Assembly (NCBI GenBank): GCA_963745235.1
Contig: CAVUXE010000054.1
Location: forward strand, 98,355 to 162,354
Reading direction: 5' to 3'
DNA length: 64,000 bases
Origin: an uncultured Spirochaetota bacterium
GTDB taxonomy: Bacteria; Spirochaetota; Spirochaetia; SZUA-6; Fen-1364
The position numbers and the translations under genes were made by a program. This document shows positions 1 to 9,857 of this stretch, piece by piece (the stretch's first letter is position 1; every line of letters starts with the position of its first letter). The notes below the pieces were generated by a model. It was not told where the DNA came from. It searched no databases and saw nothing but the letters and a program-made list of their open reading frames with translations.

Positions 1-2
1 AG

Positions 3-755
3 GAGCACGCGGGGCCCATTCAGGGCTGGAAGGACTTCGAGGCGTATCGCTGGCCCACGGTCGCCGGCATCGATTTTTCTCCCCTGGAATGGCTGGAGCG
101 GAACATGCCCGAAACCATGGGGTGCTTCGAGCTGACCGCCCACATCTTCGAGATCCTTTCCTTTCTCCTTGGCTACGAGTCTCTCTGTTATGCGGTGGTG
201 GACCAGCCGGAGCTTGTGGATGCGATCCTGGAAAAGGCCGGTGCCTTCTACGTGGATTTCACCCGGGCGCTTGTAGACTTCTCACGGGTAGCCGTGGTCT
301 GGGGCTCGGATGACCTGGGGTTCAGGTCAGGCACCATGATGTCGCCCGACTTCCTGCGCGGAAAGATCCTCCCGTGGCACAAGCGCTGCGCCGGGATCGC
401 CCATTCCAAAGGCAAGCCATACCTTCTGCATTCCTGCGGAAACCTGGATGAGATCATGGAGGACCTCGTCTCGGATGTCGGCATTGACGGGAAGCATTCC
501 TTCGAGGATGCCATCCTGCCCGTCACCGAGGCCAAGCGCCTTTACGGCGCGCGGGTGTCGCTCCTTGGCGGGATCGACATGGATTTCCTGTGCAGGTCGG
601 ATGAGGATTCCATCAGGGCGCGGGTGAGAGAGACCCTTGAGATGTGCTCACGGGGGGGCGGGTACTGCCTGGGCACCGGGAACACGGTTGCAAACTACGT
701 GCCGCTTGACAACTACCTCTGCATGCTGGATGAGGGCCGGTCATTCAGGGTGTAG
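3..755 (+). CDS. Uroporphyrinogen decarboxylase (URO-D/MtaA-CmuA) family protein, 5'-truncated by window edge
   Basis: Frame is open from base 3 (EHAGPIQGWKDFEAYRWP...). Motifs SDDLG, LLHSCG, LLGGID and GGGYCLGTGN are typical of the URO-D/methylcobamide methyltransferase fold. Confidence 0.85.
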   Translation, partial: EHAGPIQGWKDFEAYRWPTVAGIDFSPLEWLERNMPETMGCFELTAHIFEILSFLLGYESLCYAVVDQPELVDAILEKAGAFYVDFTRALVDFSRVAVVWGSDDLGFRSGTMMSPDFLRGKILPWHKRCAGIAHSKGKPYLLHSCGNLDEIMEDLVSDVGIDGKHSFEDAILPVTEAKRLYGARVSLLGGIDMDFLCRSDEDSIRARVRETLEMCSRGGGYCLGTGNTVANYVPLDNYLCMLDEGRSFRV

Positions 756-791
756 CGGACAGTGCGAAGGCGGTTGCACGCGCGGGACGCT

Positions 792-1232
792 TCAATAGTC
801 CTGCAGGCAGGGAAGGTAGAACCTCTGCATCGCCTTGAGCAGCTCGTCCGCGCCTTCTACGGTTCCCCGAGCGCTGGACAGCTTGTACAGGACGGTATAG
901 GTGCCCCTGTAGCGGAACGAGAAGGTGAACCGCTCGGATTCCACGCCATTTCGCTTCATGACGAAGTCTATGACTGCTTCATTTCCCTGCATGCTCTTCG
1001 GTTCGAGCTGAAAGTCGACAGTCTCTCCGTCCCGCGTGACGACCTCCTGGAACTTCGCGTCACGAAACAGGGCCCCCATGGTCCTGTTGCCGAAGTCTGA
1101 AACGCCGTCTTTGACGCACAGGCGAGAGCTCCAGACGGACTCCGCAATGGCGGGCGCGGTCATGGCGCCGCCGGCGGGGAGAATGAGCAGTGACAGGAGC
1201 AAGCCGGCAAACAACAGGTTTTTTTTCTTCAT
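792..1232 (-). CDS. Hypothetical exported protein
   Basis: MKKKNLLFAGLLLSLLILPAGGA signal peptide. Fills the gap between two genes. Start taken at ATG 1232. Confidence 0.6.
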   Translation of the reverse strand: MKKKNLLFAGLLLSLLILPAGGAMTAPAIAESVWSSRLCVKDGVSDFGNRTMGALFRDAKFQEVVTRDGETVDFQLEPKSMQGNEAVIDFVMKRNGVESERFTFSFRYRGTYTVLYKLSSARGTVEGADELLKAMQRFYLPCLQDY

Positions 1233-1289
1233 GGTCATGCGCTCGGTACCACAGGTATCGGGCGGCCCGTTCATAATCTTGAAACCGGG

Positions 1290-1319
1290 TTGACTGCGGG
1301 GGACGCTGCCTCTCATACT
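1290..1319 (+). promoter_or_regulatory. Putative sigma70 promoter for leaderless mtnA transcript
   Basis: TTGACT(1290)-18 nt-CATACT(1314-1319)-6 nt-ATG(1326), with no Shine-Dalgarno. Confidence 0.4.
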
Positions 1320-1325
1320 CCTTCC

Positions 1326-2411
1326 ATGATCGACCCGGTGCGGCTTGATGACGAGGCAGGCGTTCTTGTCGTCCTGGACCAGACACGCCTTCCCGGCGAG
1401 ACCGTCTTCCTTCGCCTGTCGAGGCAGGAGGAGATCTGGGAGGCGATCTACGAGCTTCGGGTGCGGGGCGCACCCGCCATCGGCATCGCGGCGGCCTACG
1501 GTGCCTATCTCGGCGTTCGGGGCTCATTTGCAAAGAACCACGCAGAGCTCGTTCAGCAGTTCGCCCGGGTGAAGAAGTACCTTGCATCCGCGCGTCCCAC
1601 CGCGGTGAACCTTTTCTGGGCGCTGGACCGGATGGAGGCGCGTCTTGCGCGCGAAAGAGGGCTGGCTCCCGCAGATGCCGTGGCCGCGCTGCGGGATGAG
1701 GCGGAAGCGATCCGCGCGGAAGACGAACAAGTCTGCCGCAGCATTGGGGAGCACTCCCTGAGCCTGTTGAAGAAAGGGTGGGGGCTTCTCACGCACTGCA
1801 ACGCCGGGGCGCTTGCCACGTCACGATGGGGGACGGCAACGGCCCCCATGTACCTGGGCGCCCAGCGGGGTTACGGCTTCAAGATCTACTCGGATGAGAC
1901 GCGACCCCTGCTGCAGGGGGCCCGGCTCACGGCGTGGGAGCTGTCCCAGGCAGGGATGGACGTCACTGTCATTTGCGACAACATGGCTTCCGTCGTGATG
2001 AAACAGGGATGGGTGCAGGCCGTGCTGGTCGGTTGCGATCGGGTGGCCGCCAACGGGGACACGGCAAACAAGATAGGCACATCCGGGGTCGCGATAGCGG
2101 CGCGACACTACGGGATTCCCTTTTACGTCCATGCGCCGCTTTCCTCGGTTGACCTGAAATGTCCCACGGGGGATGACATCCCCATCGAGCAGCGAAGGGC
2201 GGAAGAGGTCACCGAGAAGTGGTATGTGCGCCGCATGGCGCCTGCCGGCGTGAGCGTCTACAATCCCGCCTTCGACGTCACCGACCACCAGCTGATCACC
2301 GCAATCGTGACGGAGAGGGGGATTGCCTGTCCGCCATTCACCGAGTCTCTTGCCAGGCTTGCCTCGCTTCCCGCGGAGGCTCGTTCTCCCCAGGGGCTCC
2401 CGTCAGGCTAA
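1326..2411 (+). CDS. mtnA: S-methyl-5-thioribose-1-phosphate isomerase
   Basis: LDQTRLP, VRGAPAIG, ARPTAVNL, LTHCNAGALAT, ETRPLLQGARLTAWEL, GDTANKIGT and NPAFDVT motifs. Confidence 0.95.
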   Translation: MIDPVRLDDEAGVLVVLDQTRLPGETVFLRLSRQEEIWEAIYELRVRGAPAIGIAAAYGAYLGVRGSFAKNHAELVQQFARVKKYLASARPTAVNLFWALDRMEARLARERGLAPADAVAALRDEAEAIRAEDEQVCRSIGEHSLSLLKKGWGLLTHCNAGALATSRWGTATAPMYLGAQRGYGFKIYSDETRPLLQGARLTAWELSQAGMDVTVICDNMASVVMKQGWVQAVLVGCDRVAANGDTANKIGTSGVAIAARHYGIPFYVHAPLSSVDLKCPTGDDIPIEQRRAEEVTEKWYVRRMAPAGVSVYNPAFDVTDHQLITAIVTERGIACPPFTESLARLASLPAEARSPQGLPSG

Positions 2412-3595
2412 AGTCCTTCTGTACGCCGCGGCTCCCGCCGCTCGGCAAATGCCACCGGGTTTCGGCTGATCAGGATGCTCGGAGCCGCGAGTGAGAATCC
2501 GGCAACTATGGCGATCATGCCGCGGATCCCCACCGCGTCCGCCAGGATGCCGCCGATCCATGGCCCCGTGAACATCCCGACCGCGTAGACGGCCTGGTGG
2601 ATCCCCATGGCGGTGCTGCGGTGATAGGTGTCCACCCGTTCGATGGACAGGCCGAGCAGAATGGGGAAGAAGAGGCCATTCGCCAGGCCCATCACGATGG
2701 TTGCAACAAAGAGGAGCGTTACGGAACCAGAGGTCGCGGCCAGGAGGGCTCCGCCGGCAAAGGCCGCAAAGCTTCCATAAACCAGGATCCTTTTGCCCCC
2801 GCGTCTGGCCAGCGCGGTCGCAACCAGGTTGGCCGCCGCGTTGGATGCGATATTCAACGTCATCAGGAGGCTGACCGCGACACTGCTCGCTCCCACCTGC
2901 TTTGCCAGAAGCGGCATGAACCCGAAGGTGATTGCCCACACGCTGAACTGGCACAAGGCGTTCGTGAACGATGGAATGAGGACATCCCGTCGGGAGAAAA
3001 TGGACAGGATTGACCGCGTGCTGACCATTCCGCGATGAGCGGCGTCCTTGCGGGGAATCCTGACGAACATGACGATGCCCGTTGCGGCAAGCGCCAGCCC
3101 GGCTGCCGCAATGAAGGGCAGGTCATGACCTCCCCAGGCTTCCAGGAAGCCCGTGGAGCCGGTCCCGATCACCTGGCCGAGTGACGAAGCAAAAGAGGCG
3201 AGTGACGTGGCAAAAATCGCCTTCTCGGGAGGGAAGAGTCCCGCAAACGCGATCATCATGGGCACCCAGGCAGCCCCGGAGACTCCCGTGAGGGCGCGGC
3301 CCGCGGCCAGCAATCCGACCGAGTGCCCCAGCATCATCACGATCGCGCCGAGACCGGCAAAAAGAACTCCCGCAACAAGGTATGCCTTGAGCCGGCCAGT
3401 CGCGTCGGTCACGACTCCCAGGGGGACCCGGATCACCGCTACCAGCAAGCCGTACATGGAAAGAACCACACCCACCGCTGTCAGGCTGGAGGTGCGAGCC
3501 GCAATATAGGCGGGAAGGGTCGGCACATACGTGTAGAGAGCGGCGAAGAACAACAGAGACGCTGTGAACAGGGCGCGAATTGGGCCGCGATTCAT
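2408..3595 (-). CDS. MFS transporter
   Basis: 395 aa with about 12 hydrophobic segments and the MFS loop motif GVVTDATGR. Confidence 0.9.
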   Translation of the reverse strand: MNRGPIRALFTASLLFFAALYTYVPTLPAYIAARTSSLTAVGVVLSMYGLLVAVIRVPLGVVTDATGRLKAYLVAGVLFAGLGAIVMMLGHSVGLLAAGRALTGVSGAAWVPMMIAFAGLFPPEKAIFATSLASFASSLGQVIGTGSTGFLEAWGGHDLPFIAAAGLALAATGIVMFVRIPRKDAAHRGMVSTRSILSIFSRRDVLIPSFTNALCQFSVWAITFGFMPLLAKQVGASSVAVSLLMTLNIASNAAANLVATALARRGGKRILVYGSFAAFAGGALLAATSGSVTLLFVATIVMGLANGLFFPILLGLSIERVDTYHRSTAMGIHQAVYAVGMFTGPWIGGILADAVGIRGMIAIVAGFSLAAPSILISRNPVAFAERREPRRTEGL

Positions 3596-3615
3596 GAGGG
3601 ATTCTGAACTGCTGT

Positions 3616-6162
3616 CTACACGAGCGGCTGGCTGCCGCCGGGGGGAGCGCCCGCGCCCGCCCGGTCCATCACGAGCTCGTTTTTCCTCTCAACGAGCCAC
3701 TGCTTCGCCTCCTGCAGGTCGGAGAAGGCCATCATGTTCTGCCCGCTCGCCTTCCTGATGGTCTCGTACACGATCCTCTTGAGCCCGTCCAGGCCAACCA
3801 CGGCGGCCGCAAAGACGAACGGCTCGTTGCCCTGCGCATACTTGCGCATCTCCCCTGCTGAGGCCGGGTTGAACGCCAGGTTGCGGACATTCGTGAGCAT
3901 CAGGAGAGATTTGACGCGCTGACTCCTGACCACCGGTATGGACTCCCGAATGATGGTATGCATGTCGTCCAGGGTCCCGTTGGAGAAGTCCACGTACAGG
4001 ATCTGCTGGCCCTCGTGCGTGATGAAGCGTATTCGCGAGTCCGCCGAAGCAACGACGGGTTGCGGCGCAGCCGCGGTCTTCCCGGGCACCAAGGCGACCG
4101 CGTGCGCGGCACCGGCGGCTTCGGAAGCAATCTTGAATTGTCCGACAAGCCTCTGCAGCTCCTGCGACATGTGGGAAAGCTCCTCCGTTGCCCCAGACAT
4201 CTCCTCCGCGGAGGATGCTGCGGCCTGCGTCAGCTCATTCACATGCTCGACCGCGCGGGAAACCTGCCGCGCGTTGGCGGTCTGCTCCTCCGTGGCCGCC
4301 GAGATCCCCTGGCTCATCTGGCTGACTTTCTCCAGCGCCTTTGCCAGCTCACGGATGGCCCCGATCTGGCGCGACATGGACCCCGACAGCTCCCCGATCA
4401 TCTGCTGGACCTTCTGCGAGCTCTCCCGTATCTGTTCCATGGCCCCGGCGGATCCGTTTGCTATCTCCACCCCCTGGGTCACGTTCTTCACGCTCTCCCT
4501 GATCAGCCCCTCGATCTCCTTGGTGGACGCCGAGGAGCGGTCCGCCAGCTTGCTGACCTCCTGCGCCACCACGGCAAACCCCCGTCCATGCTCCCCGGCG
4601 CGTGCCGCCTCGATGGAGGCGTTCAGCGCCAGCAGGTTGGTCTGGTCCGCGATGTCGGAGATCACCCCGATGATCCCCCCGATCTTCTGGGAGCTTTCCG
4701 CGATCCGCGTGATGCCCTGCACCACCTGCCCCACCGCCCGCGCCCCTTCCTGGGACTTCTCCACCGACTGGTTGGCCAGCGTGGAGATTTCCCCCAGGCT
4801 GTGGGTGACCTCGTCGATGGACCTCTGCACGTGCTCCATGGAGGTGGTGCCGTGGCTGACGGCGCTCACCTGGGCCTGGGCGTGCTCGCTGACCTGGTCC
4901 ACGCTGGCGGAAAGCTCCTCCACGGAGGCGGAGGTCTCCTCCAGGGTGGAGGCCTGGTTCTGCGCGCTTTCCGCAAGGGACTGGGCGCTGGCGGAGATCT
5001 GCTGGCTGGAAACGGCAACCTGGTGCGCGCTCTCCTGCACGGTGGCCACCATGGTGGAAAGCCGCGCTGACATCGTGTTCAGCGCCTCTGCCAGCTTTCC
5101 CACTTCGTCATGCCGGTTGATGGGCAGCTGGTGGGCGAAATCCCCGGCCGCGATGGCCTGCGCGAATGCCACGCCCCGGGCCAGGGGGGCCGTGATGGAG
5201 CGGGAGAACAGCAGGTAGATGAAGAAGGCCAGGATCAGCGCTCCGGCGCTGATGACGAGGAACAGGTTTCGCAGGCTGGCCGCGGTCAGGACGTAGGCGT
5301 CTTCCTTTGTGTCCATTGCCAAACCGACGCTCCAACCCGTGCTGCCCACGGGAGAGAACCCGGCCTTCTTGGTGACCCCCTCGAACGTGTAAAAAGCGAC
5401 GGCCGACTTCCCACCGACCATCGCCTTGCCCAACTCCTTCGTCCCCTCGGTTTCCAGGAGGTTCAGCTTCAGGATGTACTGCGGCTTGGGATGGGCGATG
5501 ACGATACCCTTGTCATCAACCACGAACGCGTAGCCGGTGAGGCCGGCTTTTTCATCAGCGATGATCTCTGTGAGAAAGCTGATGTTGATCAGGGTCACGT
5601 AGACGCCGTAGATTGCCTTGCTTTCGGGGTCGACGATGGGGGTTGCGACAGGGACGACCGGCATGTTGGTGATCTTGCTGAAAAACACGACGCCGATGTT
5701 CGGTGTCCCGCTCATTGCCTTCGTGAAGTACGGGGTGTTGGCAATGGACATTCCCACCCAGGCGACCGTGGAGGAAGCGAACACGTTGCCGTCCCTGTCG
5801 GCAACGATTGTCGCCTCGTATGTCCAGTGGATCTGCTGATTCTTCTCGAAGGGGGAGAGCTTCCTGGAGACCTCCGGAACGATGTCCCCCGCCTTGGCGA
5901 CTCCTTTTTCGTCCACCGCCTTGGCCGCCGCAATGATGTCGAAGTCATTGGACAGGCTGAGAGCAAAGCGGGTTTCCTCCACGAAGACACGGTCTATGAC
6001 TTTGGCGATCTCCCGGGACCTGCCAACGAGCTCCTGGTCTCCCAGCGTGGCCAGAGCCGCGCTGGACCTGGTGACTGCGAGGAAGGCGAGGACCGCCAGG
6101 GGAACAATGATGAGGATGGTTCCCACTGCTACCAGCTTGACGCCAATCCGGATGTTTTTCAT
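3616..6162 (-). CDS. Methyl-accepting chemotaxis protein (TM-dCache-TM-HAMP-MCP signal) with C-terminal SpoIIAA/STAS-SEC14-like domain
   Basis: Cache motif [33 protein letters not shown], and hairpin [30 protein letters not shown]. An extra ~115-aa alpha/beta domain follows an Ala/Pro linker. Confidence 0.93.
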   Translation of the reverse strand: MKNIRIGVKLVAVGTILIIVPLAVLAFLAVTRSSAALATLGDQELVGRSREIAKVIDRVFVEETRFALSLSNDFDIIAAAKAVDEKGVAKAGDIVPEVSRKLSPFEKNQQIHWTYEATIVADRDGNVFASSTVAWVGMSIANTPYFTKAMSGTPNIGVVFFSKITNMPVVPVATPIVDPESKAIYGVYVTLINISFLTEIIADEKAGLTGYAFVVDDKGIVIAHPKPQYILKLNLLETEGTKELGKAMVGGKSAVAFYTFEGVTKKAGFSPVGSTGWSVGLAMDTKEDAYVLTAASLRNLFLVISAGALILAFFIYLLFSRSITAPLARGVAFAQAIAAGDFAHQLPINRHDEVGKLAEALNTMSARLSTMVATVQESAHQVAVSSQQISASAQSLAESAQNQASTLEETSASVEELSASVDQVSEHAQAQVSAVSHGTTSMEHVQRSIDEVTHSLGEISTLANQSVEKSQEGARAVGQVVQGITRIAESSQKIGGIIGVISDIADQTNLLALNASIEAARAGEHGRGFAVVAQEVSKLADRSSASTKEIEGLIRESVKNVTQGVEIANGSAGAMEQIRESSQKVQQMIGELSGSMSRQIGAIRELAKALEKVSQMSQGISAATEEQTANARQVSRAVEHVNELTQAAASSAEEMSGATEELSHMSQELQRLVGQFKIASEAAGAAHAVALVPGKTAAAPQPVVASADSRIRFITHEGQQILYVDFSNGTLDDMHTIIRESIPVVRSQRVKSLLMLTNVRNLAFNPASAGEMRKYAQGNEPFVFAAAVVGLDGLKRIVYETIRKASGQNMMAFSDLQEAKQWLVERKNELVMDRAGAGAPPGGSQPLV

Positions 6163-6282
6163 ATCGTGTATCTCCAGGAAAAGACCATGGCCCAGAATTG
6201 GGATTCAATGAAAAAAGCTGCAAGGCTACCGATTGATCTTTGCCCCCATCTGTGACCCCATTGTCAATATCGCGCAAGCGGC

Positions 6283-7063
6283 CTAATCCTGCGGCAGAAC
6301 GAACCTTATTGGGATAAGATACCTCGATTCAACAGCTTTTCCATTCTTGATAGCCGGGCATGAATCGGGTCTTTTTCACCGCATCCAGAGCGGCGCTGTC
6401 CAGGGAAGCAAAGCCAGAGGAGACCGTGATCCGCTCGGCTACGACTACACCTTTTGCATCTATATCGGCCTCGACTTTCGCGAGGCCATGCTGCCCGAGC
6501 CTTCTCGCGATGGCGGGGTAGGGTGCGACGATTGGCTCAATCGGGACAGGGTCGATGTCCGCCATGACCTCCCCTGCGGGTCCGGAAGCCCCCAAGCCGC
6601 CGGCGCTGCCGCCGGAACCGGTCCCCGCCTGACCTGCATCTCCACTGCCTTCTCCGCCCGGCCCTCCGTTTCCCGCCGAAGCGGCTGCGCCCGGCGGCAC
6701 GCCCCGCGCCGCGGGCGCATCTTGCGGAGTCTGTGACGGGGGAGATGGGGCGGTGATGGTGGAGGGAGAGGATGGAGGAGTCGGAGTGGGGGGAGCGGGG
6801 GGCAGCGTCGGCTTTTGCGGTGACGGCGCTCGTACCCGCGCGGGCTGGGGAGGCCGCGGGCCAGGGGCGCTTCTATTCCCCGGGCCGCTGCCTTCTCCTC
6901 GGGAGCTCCCCCCAATCAGCTCCACATCAACGGGAGTGATCCCCGGCCGGACGACAACAAGGTTGCCGCGTGCGACAAGCCACGCGAACACCAGGAAGAG
7001 AAGGGCGTGTGCCGCGATGGCCAGCACAACCGAGGGAAATAGGTTGTCGCCCTTCTCTTTCAT
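6283..7063 (-). CDS. tonB: Energy transducer TonB (one-base frameshift near 6355; corrected C-terminus MPAIKNGKAVESRYLIPIRFVLPQD)
   Basis: N-terminal TM with AAHA, Pro-rich linker, and TonB_C motifs YPAIARRLGQHG and SSGFASLDSAALDAV. The canonical end appears in the adjacent frame and stops at 6283. Confidence 0.88.
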
Positions 7064-7069
7064 GTCTCC

Positions 7070-9094
7070 CTACAGTTTCAGCTGCATCCCGGTCACGACA
7101 GAGAACGGGGGCATGGGGTAGCCGGGATCAGAGGGGCCGAAGCCTGCCTCAGTGTAATACGTGACGTTCAATATGTTCAGGAGCTTCACTGAGAACGACA
7201 TGCTGTCGGTCACCGCGAGGGCATACTCCGCGTTCAGAACAAAGTAGCCGGGAAGGACCCATGAGGGGCTGGTGACGGGGTTGACGAACTTCTCACTCAC
7301 GTATCGCATCTCGATTCTCGCGGTATTGATCGAATCCTGGTATCTGGCGGCAATGCTGAGATTGTGGGTGGGGACGTACGGAACCCTCAAATCATCGGAA
7401 AGCCCGTAGCTCTGTCCGAGGTATGCCAGGAGCAGGCTGTAAATGAAAGTATAACTCACTTCCACGGACACACCCTGGATCACGGCAGCCTTCACGCTGA
7501 TTTCAGCGCCGGGAAGAAGGGATTCCTGAATGTTCACGGGAGTCTCGATGTAGACGGTGGGTTGGCCCGCTGAGCTGGCGTAGTTGCCCCAGCCGATCTG
7601 GTTGAAAAGCAGCCGCGTGAAGAACGACATCTCGAACGACAGCTGCTTTCCCGCGTACGCCGCCCCTATCTCGCCGCTGTACGATGTTTCCGGCTGCAGG
7701 TTCGGATTGCCGTACGAGTAGTACGAGTTGCTGTAGATATCCGTGCCGTCGAACGAATACCAGTACAGGTCCTCGAAAGTCGGCACCCTGTATGCGCTGC
7801 CGAATGATGCCTTGAGCGAGGTCAGGTCCGACAGGAGAAGCACGGTCCCCACCTGCCAGGAAAGGTAGCCGGGGAAGTCCGAGTAGTAGTCGTATCGGAC
7901 AGACGGCGTGACGGTGAGTGATTCCAGCGGAGAGAAGGGGAGGGACACGAATCCAGCCAGCGTCAGCCGATCCCTCTGTGTGGAAAGGTTCGTGCTGTTC
8001 ACCGTTTCATAGGAACCGGTGCCTCCATAGACCGCGGATGCGATATCCGAGAATGCAAACTTCTGCGTGAGATCGAGGTTCACGGTATTGCCCGTGTGGA
8101 TGCTCGTGAACGCGAACAACCCGGGATTCTGGAGAGTCTCGTTGGCGTATCGATATGATCCTTTCAGATCCAGGGAAAGCCTGTCGCTGAAGAAGCTGCT
8201 CGTTCCATAGGAGAATGACCCGTCCGCGGTGGTGTCCTCCTGGGACTCCTGGCTGCTCGCCCCGACCAGGGAGCCCGGCACTCCGATGAGGGAATGATCG
8301 AAGGAGCCTTTTCCGGAAAGCGAGCCTCCGAGGAACGGCACCTGGAGACCCGCATAGGCGCTCTGCGCCATGTCCTGGGCGTTGTTTCTCTGCCTCCAGT
8401 CACCGAGGTTCGCCGTATCATCCCATAGGAAGGCGTTCATCGCGCGTGTGAAGGAGCCGCCGCCGGTCAATCCGACATCCCCCAGCTTGCCGGCAAGTGA
8501 GAGGTTCACGTTCTGGTTGTCCAGCAGGCTCAGGGCGGAGGCGGGAACCGAATAGGTCCCCGTTTCGGTCACCGCGGTTCCCGCATGCGGTATGTAGCTG
8601 CCATTTTCGACGCTGAGAGAAATGCTTGGCGCGTCGGCCTTCTTCGTTATGACATCGATCACCCCGCCCACGGCGCCGGTGCCCCACAGGGCGCTCACGC
8701 CTCCGCGGATTATCTCGATGTGGTCGATGCTGGCCACCGGGATCCGTGACAGGTCAACGGATCCGTCAAAGCTCGAGTTCAGCCGGATGCCGTCAACAAG
8801 GACAAGGACCTGCGAGGAGGTGGAGCCTCGAATGCTCACCGTCTTGGTCTGCCCCTGCGGGCCGTAATCGTTGACAACCACTCCGCTTTGCGCCGCGAGG
8901 ACCGCCGACAGGTCGGCAGCCCCCGATTCGCTGATGTCCTGCTGCGTGACGACCGTCGCGAAGCTCGGTGAATTGAGAATGTCGGTTGGTATCCGCGTGG
9001 CCGAAATGACCACCTCCGGCAGCTCGGGCAGGTCTTCGGCCCACACGCGAGCGCTCAGGAGGGCGAGTGCACAGAGCGCAATCCTTCTGTCCAT
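7070..9094 (-). CDS. btuB: TonB-dependent receptor, probable cobalamin transporter
   Basis: Signal peptide, TonB box EVVISATR, plug motifs SIRGSTSSQVLVLVDG and IEIIRGGVSALWG, and GNPNLQPETS. Directly downstream of a cobalamin riboswitch. Confidence 0.88.
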   Translation of the reverse strand: MDRRIALCALALLSARVWAEDLPELPEVVISATRIPTDILNSPSFATVVTQQDISESGAADLSAVLAAQSGVVVNDYGPQGQTKTVSIRGSTSSQVLVLVDGIRLNSSFDGSVDLSRIPVASIDHIEIIRGGVSALWGTGAVGGVIDVITKKADAPSISLSVENGSYIPHAGTAVTETGTYSVPASALSLLDNQNVNLSLAGKLGDVGLTGGGSFTRAMNAFLWDDTANLGDWRQRNNAQDMAQSAYAGLQVPFLGGSLSGKGSFDHSLIGVPGSLVGASSQESQEDTTADGSFSYGTSSFFSDRLSLDLKGSYRYANETLQNPGLFAFTSIHTGNTVNLDLTQKFAFSDIASAVYGGTGSYETVNSTNLSTQRDRLTLAGFVSLPFSPLESLTVTPSVRYDYYSDFPGYLSWQVGTVLLLSDLTSLKASFGSAYRVPTFEDLYWYSFDGTDIYSNSYYSYGNPNLQPETSYSGEIGAAYAGKQLSFEMSFFTRLLFNQIGWGNYASSAGQPTVYIETPVNIQESLLPGAEISVKAAVIQGVSVEVSYTFIYSLLLAYLGQSYGLSDDLRVPYVPTHNLSIAARYQDSINTARIEMRYVSEKFVNPVTSPSWVLPGYFVLNAEYALAVTDSMSFSVKLLNILNVTYYTEAGFGPSDPGYPMPPFSVVTGMQLKL

Positions 9095-9221
9095 GGGGAC
9101 TCCCCGGCCGTTCTCTCCGGGCCTTCAAGCTGAATCCTGACAGGATGTGAAAGGTGTGGTGATGGAAGCTCAAAACCAGGCGCCATGAAACCCTTTCCTC
9201 GAAGGCACTCGGGTTCCCGGG

Positions 9222-9395
9222 ATCGTCTCCTGGCTCTCGGATCGTCTTACTCGCAGCGCCTTCTCACCTTTCCCTGGAAAAAGGTGATGACTGTCAGAAC
9301 GTCACCGTTCCTGCTGCTTTCATCCCCGATTACAGTGGCGGGACCGCTGCGGATTTCCACCGCATTCCGTTGTCCCTGGAACGAACAGCGCGCGT
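9222..9395 (-). ncRNA. Cobalamin (B12) riboswitch
   Basis: Minus strand reads ...ACGGAATGCGGTGGAAATCCGCAGCGGTCCCGCCACTGTAA...GAGCCAGGAGACG, matching the conserved core and B12 box. It lies upstream of btuB. Ends are approximate. Confidence 0.9.
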
Positions 9396-9462
9396 TCTTC
9401 ATACGTCAATTGCGCCTTCCCGTCAAGGCCGGCTGATGATTGCCGGGGGAAAGGAAAGACCC

Positions 9463-9834
9463 ATGGCGGAAAAGCAGAAATATTCCATCAACCTGGAAGC
9501 CAGGTTCGGCCCCCTGGAGCTGATCGATGTCCCCGGGCTCGTGGCGGAGTGCAAGGAAGAGTGGTTCAACCAGACCCTCTGCCGCGTGAACGAGAGCGTC
9601 GCCCGGCTGGGGATCCTGCACGGTGAGTTTCACTGGCACAAGCACGACGCGGAAGACGAGTTTTTCTTCGTGCTCGAGGGCCGGCTCCTGATAGACCTGG
9701 AGGGACGCGTGGTCACCCTGGAGCCCCACCAGGGATTCATGGTCCCCCGCACCGTGCTCCACAGGACGCGGGCGCCGCAGCGCACGGTTGTCCTGATGGT
9801 GGAGAAGAGCTCGGTCAAACCCACCGGTGATTGA
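9463..9834 (+). CDS. Cupin domain protein
   Basis: GEFHWHKHDAEDEFFFVLEG...VPRTVLHRT cupin motifs. Confidence 0.9.
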   Translation: MAEKQKYSINLEARFGPLELIDVPGLVAECKEEWFNQTLCRVNESVARLGILHGEFHWHKHDAEDEFFFVLEGRLLIDLEGRVVTLEPHQGFMVPRTVLHRTRAPQRTVVLMVEKSSVKPTGD

Positions 9835-9857
9835 GCCTGCCGGTGATCGAGGCAGTC

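Noticed and set aside
6190-6280. Possible c-di-GMP riboswitch upstream of the chemoreceptor (GGGCAAA seen)
   Set aside because: Lacks the GAAA-tetraloop stem and the GACGCAAAGC/second hairpin of the GEMM motif.
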